NCBI GenBank assembly: GCA_963845565.1
Contig: CAWJSJ010000001.1
Span: 1-64,000, forward strand
Origin: an uncultured Methylomirabilota bacterium
GTDB taxonomy: Bacteria; Methylomirabilota; Methylomirabilia; Methylomirabilales; 2-02-FULL-66-22
Length of the DNA: 64,000 nucleotides
Direction of reading: 5' to 3'
Shown: piece by piece, positions 1 to 9,730 of the stretch
Layout: every line of letters begins with the position of its first letter
Position numbering within the stretch: position 1 is the first letter of the stretch
Made by a program: the position numbers and the translations under genes
The notes under the pieces: generated by a model
Told to the model about the DNA's origin: nothing
Database searches by the model: none
What the model saw: only the letters and a program-made list of their open reading frames with translations

Positions 1-1353
1 TGTCGGCAGCTTGCGACCTTTGAGCCCGAGAGAATCGTCCTTCTCGATCAGGCGGAGAACGGTCTGTTCTTCGTCGAGATGGAGGTACGCGACCGATACC
101 CCGCGCTCGACTTATTCTCGGTCGTGGGCGACATCGCGGATGAGGTGCGAATCGAGGCGGTGTTCCGGGAACACAGGCCGCACGTCGTGTTTCATGCGGC
201 TGCCCACAAGCATGTTCCCTTGATGGAGTCGAACAAGGCCGAAGCGGTAAAGAACAACGTTCTCGGCACCGTGATCGTCGCGAACGCCGCGTGGCGGGCC
301 GGTGTCGAGGATTTCGTCATGATCTCGACGGACAAGGCCGTGCGGCCCAGCAGCGTGATGGGGGCCACCAAGCGTGTCGCGGAGATGTTCGTCCAGTCCT
401 TGAACGCTCGCATCGAGACCCGGTTCATGACGGTGCGGTTCGGGAACGTCCTGGGGAGCGAGGGGAGCGTCCTGCAGGTCTTCCAGCGGCAGATCGAGGC
501 GGGGGGACCGGTGACGGTCACGCATCCCGACATGATGCGCTATTTCATGACGATTCCCGAGGCCTGCCAGCTCGTCCTGCAGGCGGCGACCCAGGGCGAG
601 GGCGGAGAGATCTTCCTTCTGGATATGGGGGAGCCGGTCCGAATCCTGGATCTGGCCAAGGATCTCATCACCCTGTTGGGCCTAGAGCCGGAGAAGGACA
701 TCAAGATCGCGTTCACCGGGACCCGGCCAGGCGAGAAGTTATTCGAGGAGCTGCTGAATTCCGAGACGCGGGTGGTGCCGACCGCGCACGAGAAGATCCT
801 GGTCGTCGAGACCACACCCGCGAACTACGACTTCATGCAGGCGGAGATCCGGGAGATCTTGAAGCATGCCGGCGCAGGCGACGAGGTCGCGATGCTGGCC
901 GGACTGACAGCGTTGGTGCCGGAGTACCGGGCCGAGAACGGTAGGGCGCCCGTCCCATCCCCGAAGCGCCAACGCATCCTGTTGGCGGCCGCCGACGCCT
1001 ACACCCGCGGCAGTTTGAGGCGGATACTGGAGAACACCTACCAGGTGTTCGAGGCCGGGGCGCGCGGCCAGTTGTTGGAGCAACTGAAGGCCATCGCGCC
1101 TGACCTCGTCATCCTCGACCACGGTCTGGCCGGTTTCAGTATGCGCCGTCTCTGCAGCCGGATCAAAGAGTCGAACGGCCATCTGCCCCCCCACATCATC
1201 CTCCTGACCGAATCGGCGAAAACGGCGAGCCTGGACGACGTGCGCGCGTTGGGTGCCGATGATCGGATATACAAGCCCGTCCCCGTGAGCATCGTGGAAA
1301 AGAGGGTGCGGGGGCTACTGGGTGGGGTACGACAGAGGACAGCAGGCAGATAG
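1..1353 (+). CDS. capD: Polysaccharide biosynthesis nucleotide-sugar 4,6-dehydratase (CapD/PglF/WbpM family), 5'-truncated by the window edge, with a C-terminal receiver (REC) domain
   Basis: Frame is open from position 1 (CRQLATFEPERIVLLDQAENGLF). Family motifs: VFHAAAHKHVPLME, ISTDKAVRPSSVMGATKR, VRFGNVLGSEGSV, TVTHPDMMRYFMTIPEA, RPGEKLFEEL. The last ~120 aa are REC-like (RILL..., PDLVILD, IILLTE, GADDRIYKP). Confidence 0.93.
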   Translation, partial: CRQLATFEPERIVLLDQAENGLFFVEMEVRDRYPALDLFSVVGDIADEVRIEAVFREHRPHVVFHAAAHKHVPLMESNKAEAVKNNVLGTVIVANAAWRAGVEDFVMISTDKAVRPSSVMGATKRVAEMFVQSLNARIETRFMTVRFGNVLGSEGSVLQVFQRQIEAGGPVTVTHPDMMRYFMTIPEACQLVLQAATQGEGGEIFLLDMGEPVRILDLAKDLITLLGLEPEKDIKIAFTGTRPGEKLFEELLNSETRVVPTAHEKILVVETTPANYDFMQAEIREILKHAGAGDEVAMLAGLTALVPEYRAENGRAPVPSPKRQRILLAAADAYTRGSLRRILENTYQVFEAGARGQLLEQLKAIAPDLVILDHGLAGFSMRRLCSRIKESNGHLPPHIILLTESAKTASLDDVRALGADDRIYKPVPVSIVEKRVRGLLGGVRQRTAGR

Positions 1354-1500
1354 CAGCCGACAGCAGAGACGGAGACCAGCGGACAGCGTCATTGTATGTG
1401 GATTTCCATGAAGCGGTAAGCTGACACAAAAAAGCGGGGCGGCGCAGGGCAACCAAAACGGCGGCGATTGTGCCCCCCGCCAGGTCTCTTTGTCTGGTAG

Positions 1501-1530
1501 AAAAAGAAGTGGAGGGCCTGAACCCTCCAC
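1501..1530 (-). terminator. Intrinsic terminator for the minus-strand array
   Basis: Stem GTGGAGGG/CCCTCCAC with a 6-nt loop, followed on the minus strand by TTCTTTTT; about 30 nt after the stop at 1559. Confidence 0.7.
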
Positions 1531-1558
1531 CTCTGTCGCGCTTGCGGCCGCTGGGGCG

Positions 1559-2617
1559 TTAGTGGCTGAACCCCATCCCCGCACTCCACGGCCCGTAGCC
1601 CAGACTGTTCCACGTCTGGATCCACCACGTCGCCGCGCCGGAGGCGAGGGCCGTGCTGGGCGTATAACTGCAAGTCCCTGTGCCGGCCCCGCAACCCGCC
1701 AGGGCGGCGGTCACCCACTGCTTGACCTTCCCCGCCTGGGCGCTGTCGGTCACCCACAACTCATACCAGGTGGCGCCGGCCACGGCGTTCCAGGTATACG
1801 TCGGGGTGGCCGTGGCTACGGCTCCATTCGGGCTCACCAGCGTAGCGGCCGCGGGCGGCGTCCCCGCCATCACCGTGAACCCCATCCCCGCACTCCACGG
1901 GCCATAGCCCAGACTGTCCCAGGTCAGGACCCACCACGTCGCCGCGCCGGGGGCGAGGGCCGTGCCGGGCGTAGCGCTGCAGGTCCCTGTGCCGGCCGCG
2001 CACCCCGCTTGGTCGGCGGTCACCCATTGCTTGACCTTCCCCGCCTGGGCGCTGTCGGTCACCCACAGTTCATATTGGCTGGCGCCAGACACGGCATTCC
2101 AGGTGTAAGTCGGGGTCGCGGTGATCACGGCTCCGTTCGGGCTCACCAGCGTGGCGCCCACGGGCGGCGACGACGGATCCAAAGCGCCGGTGATGGTGGT
2201 GGGCGGACTCACATTGGTCGCCAACACCGCCAAGGTGCTTCTGGAGTACGTCGTGTTGTTCGCTCCCGGTGTCCAGCCCGGCTGCGCGCTCGCGTTGATT
2301 TCATCGAAGTTATTCAGGCTCGCGTTGTCGGAATTCAGACCTTCGATGGCCGTGAACGCGTCCGCTTCCGCCATTCCGCTGCGGAGCTGTAGGGCCCAGT
2401 CCCTCCCGTACTGGTTCAATTGCGAAGTTGAGGTCGTGTGACAGAGTCGACATGAGGCGTTGTTGGCCGACTGAGAGGCCGGGTAGACCGAATTGAAGCT
2501 GCTCACGAATTCGCTGCTCGCCATCGCCGGGACTGGACCGATAACGTGCGGCAGGATTGCTAACGCCAACATGAAGAAGATCGCTCCGGCCGGTGCCCTT
2601 AGTGTCTTTACTTGCAT
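1559..2617 (-). CDS. Secreted protein: single-CxxCH (putative heme c) domain plus 2 conserved C-terminal Trp-rich Fn3-like modules
   Basis: Signal-peptide-like N-terminus ending PAMA-SS; CRLCH followed by LNQYGRDW...AIEGLNSD...NFDEI...QPG; two copies of the YTWNAV..ATWY.LWV.D...GC....TCS.TP...ATWW...W...GYGPWS module. Confidence 0.8.
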   Translation of the reverse strand: MQVKTLRAPAGAIFFMLALAILPHVIGPVPAMASSEFVSSFNSVYPASQSANNASCRLCHTTSTSQLNQYGRDWALQLRSGMAEADAFTAIEGLNSDNASLNNFDEINASAQPGWTPGANNTTYSRSTLAVLATNVSPPTTITGALDPSSPPVGATLVSPNGAVITATPTYTWNAVSGASQYELWVTDSAQAGKVKQWVTADQAGCAAGTGTCSATPGTALAPGAATWWVLTWDSLGYGPWSAGMGFTVMAGTPPAAATLVSPNGAVATATPTYTWNAVAGATWYELWVTDSAQAGKVKQWVTAALAGCGAGTGTCSYTPSTALASGAATWWIQTWNSLGYGPWSAGMGFSH

Positions 2618-2852
2618 CTCGATTCCCCCCTCACTCCTTTATAGCAAACAGCGGGAATTCACGGACACACCTCGTACGATTACCGTTGCACCATCCCTCC
2701 CTTCTGTGTTCCAACCCAACGTGCGATCGTCGGTACGGACATCTGTGCCAGTGAGTTTGACCTGACGGACCTGGTTCAAAAGAAGCGCCGCGAAGCATCA
2801 CGCGGCGTCGGGAATTCACCGGACTCGTTCTGCAAACGTCCCATCTGCACAA

Positions 2853-2870
2853 GGCAAGCTCCGTGCCCGG
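2853..2870 (-). promoter_or_regulatory. Putative sigma-54 (-24/-12) promoter
   Basis: Minus strand CCGGGCACGGAGCTTGCC = GG-N10-GC with GGCACG...TTGC, about 240 nt upstream of the ATG at 2617. Confidence 0.55.
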
Positions 2871-3295
2871 AACTGACCCCTCTCGGATTGTTAGGATGGT
2901 CCGGCGGGCGGTGCGTGAAGTCATCACATGTTGCGCGGAGTTACCGAACTGTACCGTCCGGTCGGTTGGTGGCGTGGAAGCCGTCGGGTGGGTAGCAGAT
3001 ATTACATGAGGCAAAAGTAAGATTTACAGACCTGTCAGGCCGGAAGGGCCGCCCGTCCGTGAGCCGTGATGATCGGCCGGCCTATTGCCCCCCCTCATTT
3101 TCGTACGCGCTTCCGATCCTCCCAGCGCCGTGCTGACTACTTTGCGAATACAGCGATGGGCAAAGTACTTGCCGGTCCGATCGGGTCGCTCCTGGAACAA
3201 CCGCATGTGCCCGTGGATGGTCTGGACCAGCGCCTTTCCGGGTGGGCGGCGAGCCAGTTGCGGACGAGCTTGGCCGCCAACAGCCCCCTGCCGTC

Positions 3296-3410
3296 AAAAA
3301 AGGACAGCCGAGATGCCGAGGAACACACCATTCCTTCGGCAGCCCGGCTGTCACGCGTGCCGCGTGATCCGCGGCTTTCCGTCCGCCTGCGAACGGTTCA
3401 CTCCCCCTTT
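3296..3410 (-). ncRNA. Degenerate c-di-GMP-I (GEMM-I)-like riboswitch with an intact terminator
   Basis: Minus strand keeps GACGGAAAGCCGCGGATC...GACAGCCGGGCTGCCGAAGGAA but lacks the 5' CGAyAA.GCCAA.C segment of the other two copies. It is followed by TCCTCGGCATCTCGGCTGTCCTTTTTT, which pairs back as a terminator. Confidence 0.6.
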
Positions 3411-3420
3411 GTAGGTTTCC

Positions 3421-5775
3421 CTACGGTCCCACCGCAAAGCTCATCCCATCGCTCCACGGCCCGTACCCCGCCGGGCTCCAGACCTGGATCCACCAGGTGG
3501 CGGGGCCGAGAGAGATCGCCGTACTCGGGGTGTAACTGCAGGGCCCGGTGCCGCTCCCGCACCCGGCGGTGCTGGCCGCCATCCAGGTCTGGACCTTGGT
3601 CCCGGTGGTGTCCTCCACCCAGAGGAAGTACCAGGTCATCCCGGGGACCGCGGTCCAGGTGTAGGTGGGGGTACTCGTGCTGATGGTCCCACTGGGGCTG
3701 ACCAGCGTGGCCATGGTGGACGGCTGGCTCACGGTGAAGGGCATCCCCTGGCTCCAGGTGCCGTACCCGCTCGGGCCCCCACCACTGGATCCACCAGGTG
3801 GCACGTCCCGGGGGCGAGGGGGATGCTCGGCGCCACCACACAGGTGCCCGTCCCGGCCGCGCAGCCCACCCCCGCGGCGGTGTACCAGGTGTCGATCTTC
3901 CGGGCCTGCCCGCTGTCGTTCACCCAGAGCTCGTACCAGGTCGCCCCGGGGACCGCATTCCAGGTGTAGATGGGGGTGGCCCCGATGTCCGATCCGGTGG
4001 GAGCAATCAGGGTGGCGGGGAGGGGGGTCTGCCCGGCGGGGACCGTGAAGCCCATCCCGCTGCTCCAGGCGCCGTAGCCGCTGCTGTTCCATGTCTGGAC
4101 GTACCAGGTGGCCGCCCCTTGGGCGAGAGCGATGCTCGGGGTGACGCTGCAGGTGCCCGTGCCCGCCGCGCAGCCCGCCTCCGTGGCCGTGACCCACTGC
4201 TGGATCTTCCCGTTCGCGCTGCTGTCGTCCACCCAGAGGTAGTACGAGGTCGCTGCGGCAACGGCATTCCAGGTGTAGGTGGGGGTGGTGGTCGCGATGG
4301 TTCCCGTGGGGGAGACGAGGGTGGCGGCGGGGGGCAAGATCGGACTTCCCTTGATCCCGATCATCAGGCCGACATCACCGCCGCTCTCCGTGACGGTGAG
4401 CCCGAGGAAGGTCTTGCTGACGTCCAGCTTGCCATGGTCGAAGGTCATGGTCCCCGACTCTACCCCGTCCGTCGCGGTCGCCGAGCCGGAGACGAGGCCG
4501 GTCGCCGGATCAATGGTGAGCGTCCCACCAGTGACGGTGAAGCTACCGCCGAAACTGTTGGTCGCGTTCCCTCCGGTGACCGTGCCGGTGGCATCCACCG
4601 TCACCGTCGCGGCCGACCAGAACGGGCCGTTTTCCGTGGGGTGGTCCGCTGTTTCAATAAAATACCAGGTGCCGGCGAGATCGCTCGTGACGAATGTTCC
4701 GCCGCCCTTGATCCCGATCATGAGGCCCGACATCACCGCCGCTCTCCGTGACGGTGAGCCCGAGGAAGGTCTTGCTGACGTCCAGCTTGCCATGGTCGAA
4801 GGTCATGGTCCCCGACTCTACCCCGTCCGTCGCGGTCGCCGAGCCGGAGACGAGGCCGGTCGCCGGATCAATGGTGAGCGTCCCACCAGTGACGGTGAAG
4901 CTACCGCCGAAACTGTTGGTCGCGTTCCCTCCGGTGACCGTGCCGGTGGCGTCCACCGTCACCGTCGCGGCCGACCAGAACGGGCCGTTTTCCGTGGGGT
5001 GGTCCGCTGTTTCAATAAAATACCAGGTGCCGGCGAGATCGCTCGTGACGAATGTTCCGCCGCCCTTGATCCCGATCATCAGGCCCACATCCCCCTGCCC
5101 CTCGGTGACGGTGAGCCCGAGCGTGCTCTTCGCGGGATCGAGCTTGCCGGCGGGGAAAAACATGCCGCCACCGTCTGACACCGCACCGCCGGCGACGAGT
5201 CCATCCCCATCAATGAGGAGGGTGCCGCCTGTGACGGTGAACTGACCGCCGAAGCTGTTGGTCGCGTTCCCTCCGGTGACCGTGCCGGTGGCGTCCACGG
5301 TCACGGTCATCGCCGACCAGAACGGGCCGTTGTCCGTGGGATGGTCCGCCTTTTCGATCAAGTACCAGGTGCCGGCGAGATCAGTCGCGGAGAACGAATT
5401 TGCGCCGCTCCGACCGAACATCGCGACGACGACGCTTGGCTGTTCCAACGTGAAGTTGCAAGGTCCCGGTCCCGCTGCAGCCGCTCCCAACCCACCCGAT
5501 GAAAGTCGAGCCGGCGTCCGGGAGGGCCGTCAGCGTGACGGACCCGCCTTGGGGACCAAGGCCGCTGCAGGTAAGACCGCAGTCGATTTCTGTGGGAACG
5601 AGACCGACAGAGGTGACGGTCCCTGCGCCGCCACCGCTCTTAAGGACCGTCACCGGGTACGCCGTGATCTGCGCGTGCCCCACGGAAAACCAACTGGCGC
5701 TGAACAAGAAAACCAGGCGCCGACGAGTGCGATCCGATCACGGCTTAGGCGCAGGGCATAACGTACACGTTTCAT
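3421..5775 (-). CDS. Secreted protein (frameshifted in this assembly): InlB B-repeat-like domain, 3 tandem ~119-aa beta-rich repeats and 3 conserved C-terminal modules
   Basis: AAGGAGG RBS then ATG at 5775. ORF pieces 5381-5707, 4654-5490, 3729-4793 and 3421-4197 join into one product ending ...WSDGMSFAVGP. Repeat unit DLAGTWY.IE.ADHPT.NGPFWSA.TVTVDATG. Confidence 0.75.
4348..5400 (-). repeat. Intragenic tandem repeat with a ~358-nt unit; two near-identical copies plus one diverged copy
   Basis: CCCTTGATCCCGATCAT recurs near 4348, 4705 and 5064; the first two units are almost base-for-base identical. Confidence 0.85.
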
Positions 5776-6075
5776 GATGTGGTCACACCTCCTTGCGAAA
5801 AAACGGGTGATTTTGTGGGCAAGTTCCACTTGCTCCTCGTCAGTGTGGAATCCCGTTCCTGTTCCGCGTTTCTCTTAACGAGAATCCTCGGTCCTGTCAA
5901 GGTGATACTTCCAGGTGTTTGCGGGTTGGCACGACTGTTACGATCACACCGACTCGTTACCTGCTCCGGGTGCGCAAGGCATCCGCGTCTGAACGTTGCG
6001 AGCCTTACCAATACCTGCGACCGCCTCCGGCCGAACCCCGTGCGGCAGTCTTGGTGACCCCGAGGGCTAGGTCAA

Positions 6076-9000
6076 TCACGGCCCCACCGTGAACCCCTGC
6101 CCGCCACTCCAGTTCCCATACCCGGCCGGGTTCCAGCGTCTGCACCCACCAGGTGGCCGCGCCCGGGGCGAGCGGGGTCGCGGGCGTGCTGCGGCAGGTC
6201 CCGCTCGCGCACCCCAGGGCCGAGGCGGGATACCACTGCTGGAGACGGGTCCCCGTACTGTCATTGACCCACAGGTAGTACCAGGTGGCGGTGGGCACCG
6301 CCGTCCAGGTGTACGTCGGGGTCGAGGTCCCGATCGTCCCCGTGGGGGCGAGGAGCCCACTCACCGCGGGGGGGACCCCCAGCGCGGGCACCATGAAGCC
6401 CAGCCCGCTGCTCCAGGGGCCGTACCCCGCGCTGTTCCAGGTCTGCACCCACCAGGTGGCCGCGCCCGGGGCAAGGAGGGTGCTCGGGGTCACGCTGCAC
6501 GTCCCGCCCCCACAGCCGAGGGCGGTGGCGGGGTACCACTGGGTGACCTTGCCCGAGCCGCTGGCGTCATTGACCCAGAGGCAGTACCAGGTGGCCGTGG
6601 GCACCGCGGTCCAGGTGTAGGGGGGGGTGTTTCCGCCGATGGTTCCCGTGGGCGCCGTTAAGGTCGTGACGGCGGGGGGGACCCCCAGCGCGGGCACCGT
6701 GAAGCCCAGCCCGCTGCTCCAAGGGCCGTACCCCGCGCTGTTCCAGGTCTGCACCCACCAGGTGGCCGCGCCCGGGGCAAGGAGGGTGCTTGGCGTCACG
6801 CTGCAGGTGCCCGCCGGCCGCACAGCCGACGCTGGCCGCGGCGTACCAGGTCTGGACCTTGGTCCCGGTGGCGTCCACGACCCAGAGGTAGTACCAGGTG
6901 GCCGTGGGCACCGCGGTCCAGGTGTAGGGGGGAGTGTTCGTGCCGATCGTCCCCGTGGGGCTCGTCAGGGGGGCGGCGCCGGGGGGCGCCAGGAAGGCCG
7001 CCGCCACCGTCCGGGCCTGGGTCATGGTGACGACACAGGTTCCCGTCCCGCTGCAGCCTTCCCCGCTCCAGCCGAGGAAGAGGGCGCCCGGATCGGCGGT
7101 GGCGGTGAGGGTGACGGGGGTGCCTGCCTCGACCGACGCAGTGCACGTTCCCCCGCAATCAATGCCCGCCGGGTCCGAGGTGACGCTTCCCGATCCCGTG
7201 CCGGGCTTCGTGACCGTGAGGTCGTACATCTGGGCGAGCTTGGACACGAAGGCATCCGACGTGCCGGCATTGGTCTCCTGGAAGGCGTTCGTCGTGGGGA
7301 AATCTGTCGAGATGGTCCTGCCGGTGACGTACGCCGTACCGAAGACGTTCACGGCGATACCGTAGCCCACCTCGTCGCTGCTGCCGCCGAGGAACGTCGA
7401 GTAGATCAAATGCGAGCCGTCAGCGCTTAGCTTCGTCACGAACGCGTCGCCCCAGTTGCTGCTCCCGGTCCCCCCATGCGCCTCCTGCACCGGTTCGACG
7501 ATGGGGAAATCCGTCGAGGTTGTCATCCCGGTCACGTAGACGTTGCCGTCTCCATCCAGCGCAATCGCATTGCCATGCTCGGTACCCGTCTCGCCGCCGA
7601 GATAGGTGGACCAGACGAGGGCGGACCCCGCGGGGTTGAGCTTCAGTACCCAGGCATCGCTGCAGGGACTTCCGACGCACGTCGGCTGGAATGATCCCGG
7701 CGTGGTGGGAAGCGCGCTCCCGACGGGCCCCCCGGTCACGTGCGCGTTCCCGGCAGCATCCACGGCGATGCCGCGCCCGTCGTTCACGTTCCCGCTGCCG
7801 CGAATGTACGTCGAATAGACGAGAGCCGAGCCGTCTGCGCTGAGCTTGCTGACGAACGCCGAGCTGTAATTCGACCCCGTCTCCTGGAATGCGCCGGCCG
7901 TCGTCGGGAAGCCAGTGGATCCGGTGCTGCCGGTCACGTACGCGTGTCCCCCGCTGTCCACATCGATCGCGAACCCCTCGTCGGCAGCCGGCCCGCCGAG
8001 GTACGTGCCATACACCAGCGCCGAGCCCGCCGCGTTCAATTTCGCCACAAAGGCGTCGCGAAGGACGCCGCTGCGGCTCCCTTGAAACGCATTCACGGTC
8101 ACCGGGAAGGTATTCGAGCGCGTCGTCCCAACCACGTACGCGTTGTCGTCGCCGTCCAAAACGATTCCGTATCCGATGTCGTCGCCATAGTCGCCACTGG
8201 CCGCGGAACCTGGCCCGCCCAGGTACGTCGAATACACGAGGGCCGAACCGTCGGGGCTGAGCTTCGTGACAAAGGCATCGTCACAACCGCGCGTTCCCAC
8301 CGCACAGGTCGTCTGGAACGCGCCGGCGGTTGCGGGAAAGTCCGTGCGTGACGTCTTGCCTGTCACATAGGCGTGCCCGGTGCTGTCCACGGCAACAGCA
8401 AACGCCTCCGTCGAGGCCCCGCCTCCGCCGAGGAAGGTCGAGTAGAGCAACGCTCCGTTCCTGTCAAACTTCGCCACGAAGCCCGCATAGCCGCCGCTCC
8501 GGTCGAACGCCCCGTCCGTCGTCGGAAAATCCGCCGGATAGGCCGCGCCGACCACATATGCGTTACCGGCATTGTCCACGGCGATGCCATTGCCCCAGTC
8601 AGCCTTGTCGACGGACGTTCCACCGCCGCCCAGGTATGTGGAATAGCTCAACACCGGATCGATGACCAGCGGGCGAGCGCGGTCGTATGTCGCGATCTCG
8701 AAGCCGACGCGTCCGTGGTCGGCCACGACGAAGCGGGCCGGGATCCGCTCTCGCCCGCCCTCGGCGTCCTGGTAGGCCATGGGCGCGCGCAGGGTCAAGT
8801 CACCGCCGGCTAGCGTCAGGGAGAGATCGCCGTTCGCCTTGAGGGACACGTGGTCCGCACCCTCAAAGGCCAGGTGGATCTGGTCCGGGTCGACTCCCGG
8901 GGCCACGATGAAGTCGTGTTCCAGTTGCCTGCCCTGGCCGTAGAACACCAGGTCGATTCCCGGGTAGACCGACTCCAGCCTCACTTTGCCGTAGTGCGGC

Positions 9001-9473
9001 ACGTTCCTGCGCCACGTCGTCGGATCGTTTCCGACGAAGTAGTTGCTGCGTCCGGGTAGGAGATCGAGGCCGACAGGGCACGCATTCGGCTTTGCCCCGA
9101 CGAGCCGCATCCGGAGGGAAGCTTCCGTCGCGTCGTGGTTCCGGGGCTGTGCGCCCAACGTACGCGACACCGGGTGTCGCGGCGTAGTTGCCGTCGGGCC
9201 CCGTTTCAGGGCCACCACAACCTCTCCCGGCGCCAACGAGAGAGCGTATCCCTGGCCGCGGGCGAGATATGCGATGCGTGGGTCGGCCTGGCCGTCGTTG
9301 CGTTCGAAGTAGAGGGGTTGCCTGCCATACGTGTGAAACAGGCGCGGTGCTGGGTCACCCGATGGCAGGGGAGATAAGGTTGTGGGTTGGTCACGTGCGG
9401 ACGAAAGATCGATCATGAGCGGGCAGAGGGACAAGACCATGACTGCTGCGATGATGCACAGTGTCCGGGACAT
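6076..9473 (-). CDS. Secreted SBBP-repeat (beta-propeller) protein with an InlB B-repeat-like domain and 3 conserved C-terminal modules (frameshifts near 6810 and 6140)
   Basis: GGAGGAGG RBS, ATG at 9473 (MSRTLCIIAAVMVLSLC). N-domain motifs FERNDGQAD, NYFVGNDPTTW, VYPGIDLVFYG, PLVIDPVLSYSTYLGG. Repeated IAVD..GNAYVTG.T.S.DFP...DAFV.KL...GS.LVYSTYLGG. Ends GQGFTVGP. Confidence 0.85.
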
Positions 9474-9527
9474 CGTCGTCCTCCTCCTGTCCCACACGCG
9501 ACCCGAAACCGCGCGTGACGGTTCGCG

Positions 9528-9648
9528 AAAAGAATAAAGCCGGGCTGCAAAGGAGCACATCATTCCTTCGGCAGCCCGGCTGTCCCGCGTCGGGCAGGAT
9601 CCGTAGCTTTCCGTGCACGCCTCACGGCGTGGTTGGCTTTGTCGGGAA
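9528..9648 (-). ncRNA. c-di-GMP-I (GEMM-I) riboswitch with an overlapping intrinsic terminator (predicted ON switch)
   Basis: Minus strand TTCCCGACAAAGCCAACCACGCC-GTGA-GGCGTGCACGGAAAGCTACGGATCCTGCCCGACGCGGGACAGCCGGGCTGCCGAAGGAA: GNRA-capped P2, CGGAAAG core and CAGCCGGGCTGCCGAA 3' end. Downstream GCAGCCCGGC-TTTATTCTTTT pairs with the aptamer's GCCGGGCTGC. Confidence 0.9.
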
Positions 9649-9730
9649 CGCACGGTCGTCGTCGCGAGCTACATGCACGGCCCCCTTTCAATCGGTGAAC
9701 GTATCGTCCGGTCGCTTCGCGAGCTTCCCC

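Noticed and set aside
5926..5943. TTGGCACGACTGTTAC as a sigma-54 promoter
   Set aside because: It has AC instead of GC at -12 and points away from the neighbouring genes.
9563..9648. Riboswitches as 3',3'-cGAMP sensors
   Set aside because: Despite the Geobacter-like overall sequence, the discriminating position aligns to G rather than A in both intact copies. This rests on manual alignment, so cGAMP sensing is not fully excluded.
9474..9653. N-terminal extensions from the ORF track (e.g. starts at 9653, 19185, 29441, 50441, 56282, 62521, 63995)
   Set aside because: They run through riboswitches, intergenic DNA or neighbouring genes; downstream starts with a clear RBS and signal peptide or family N-terminus fit better.
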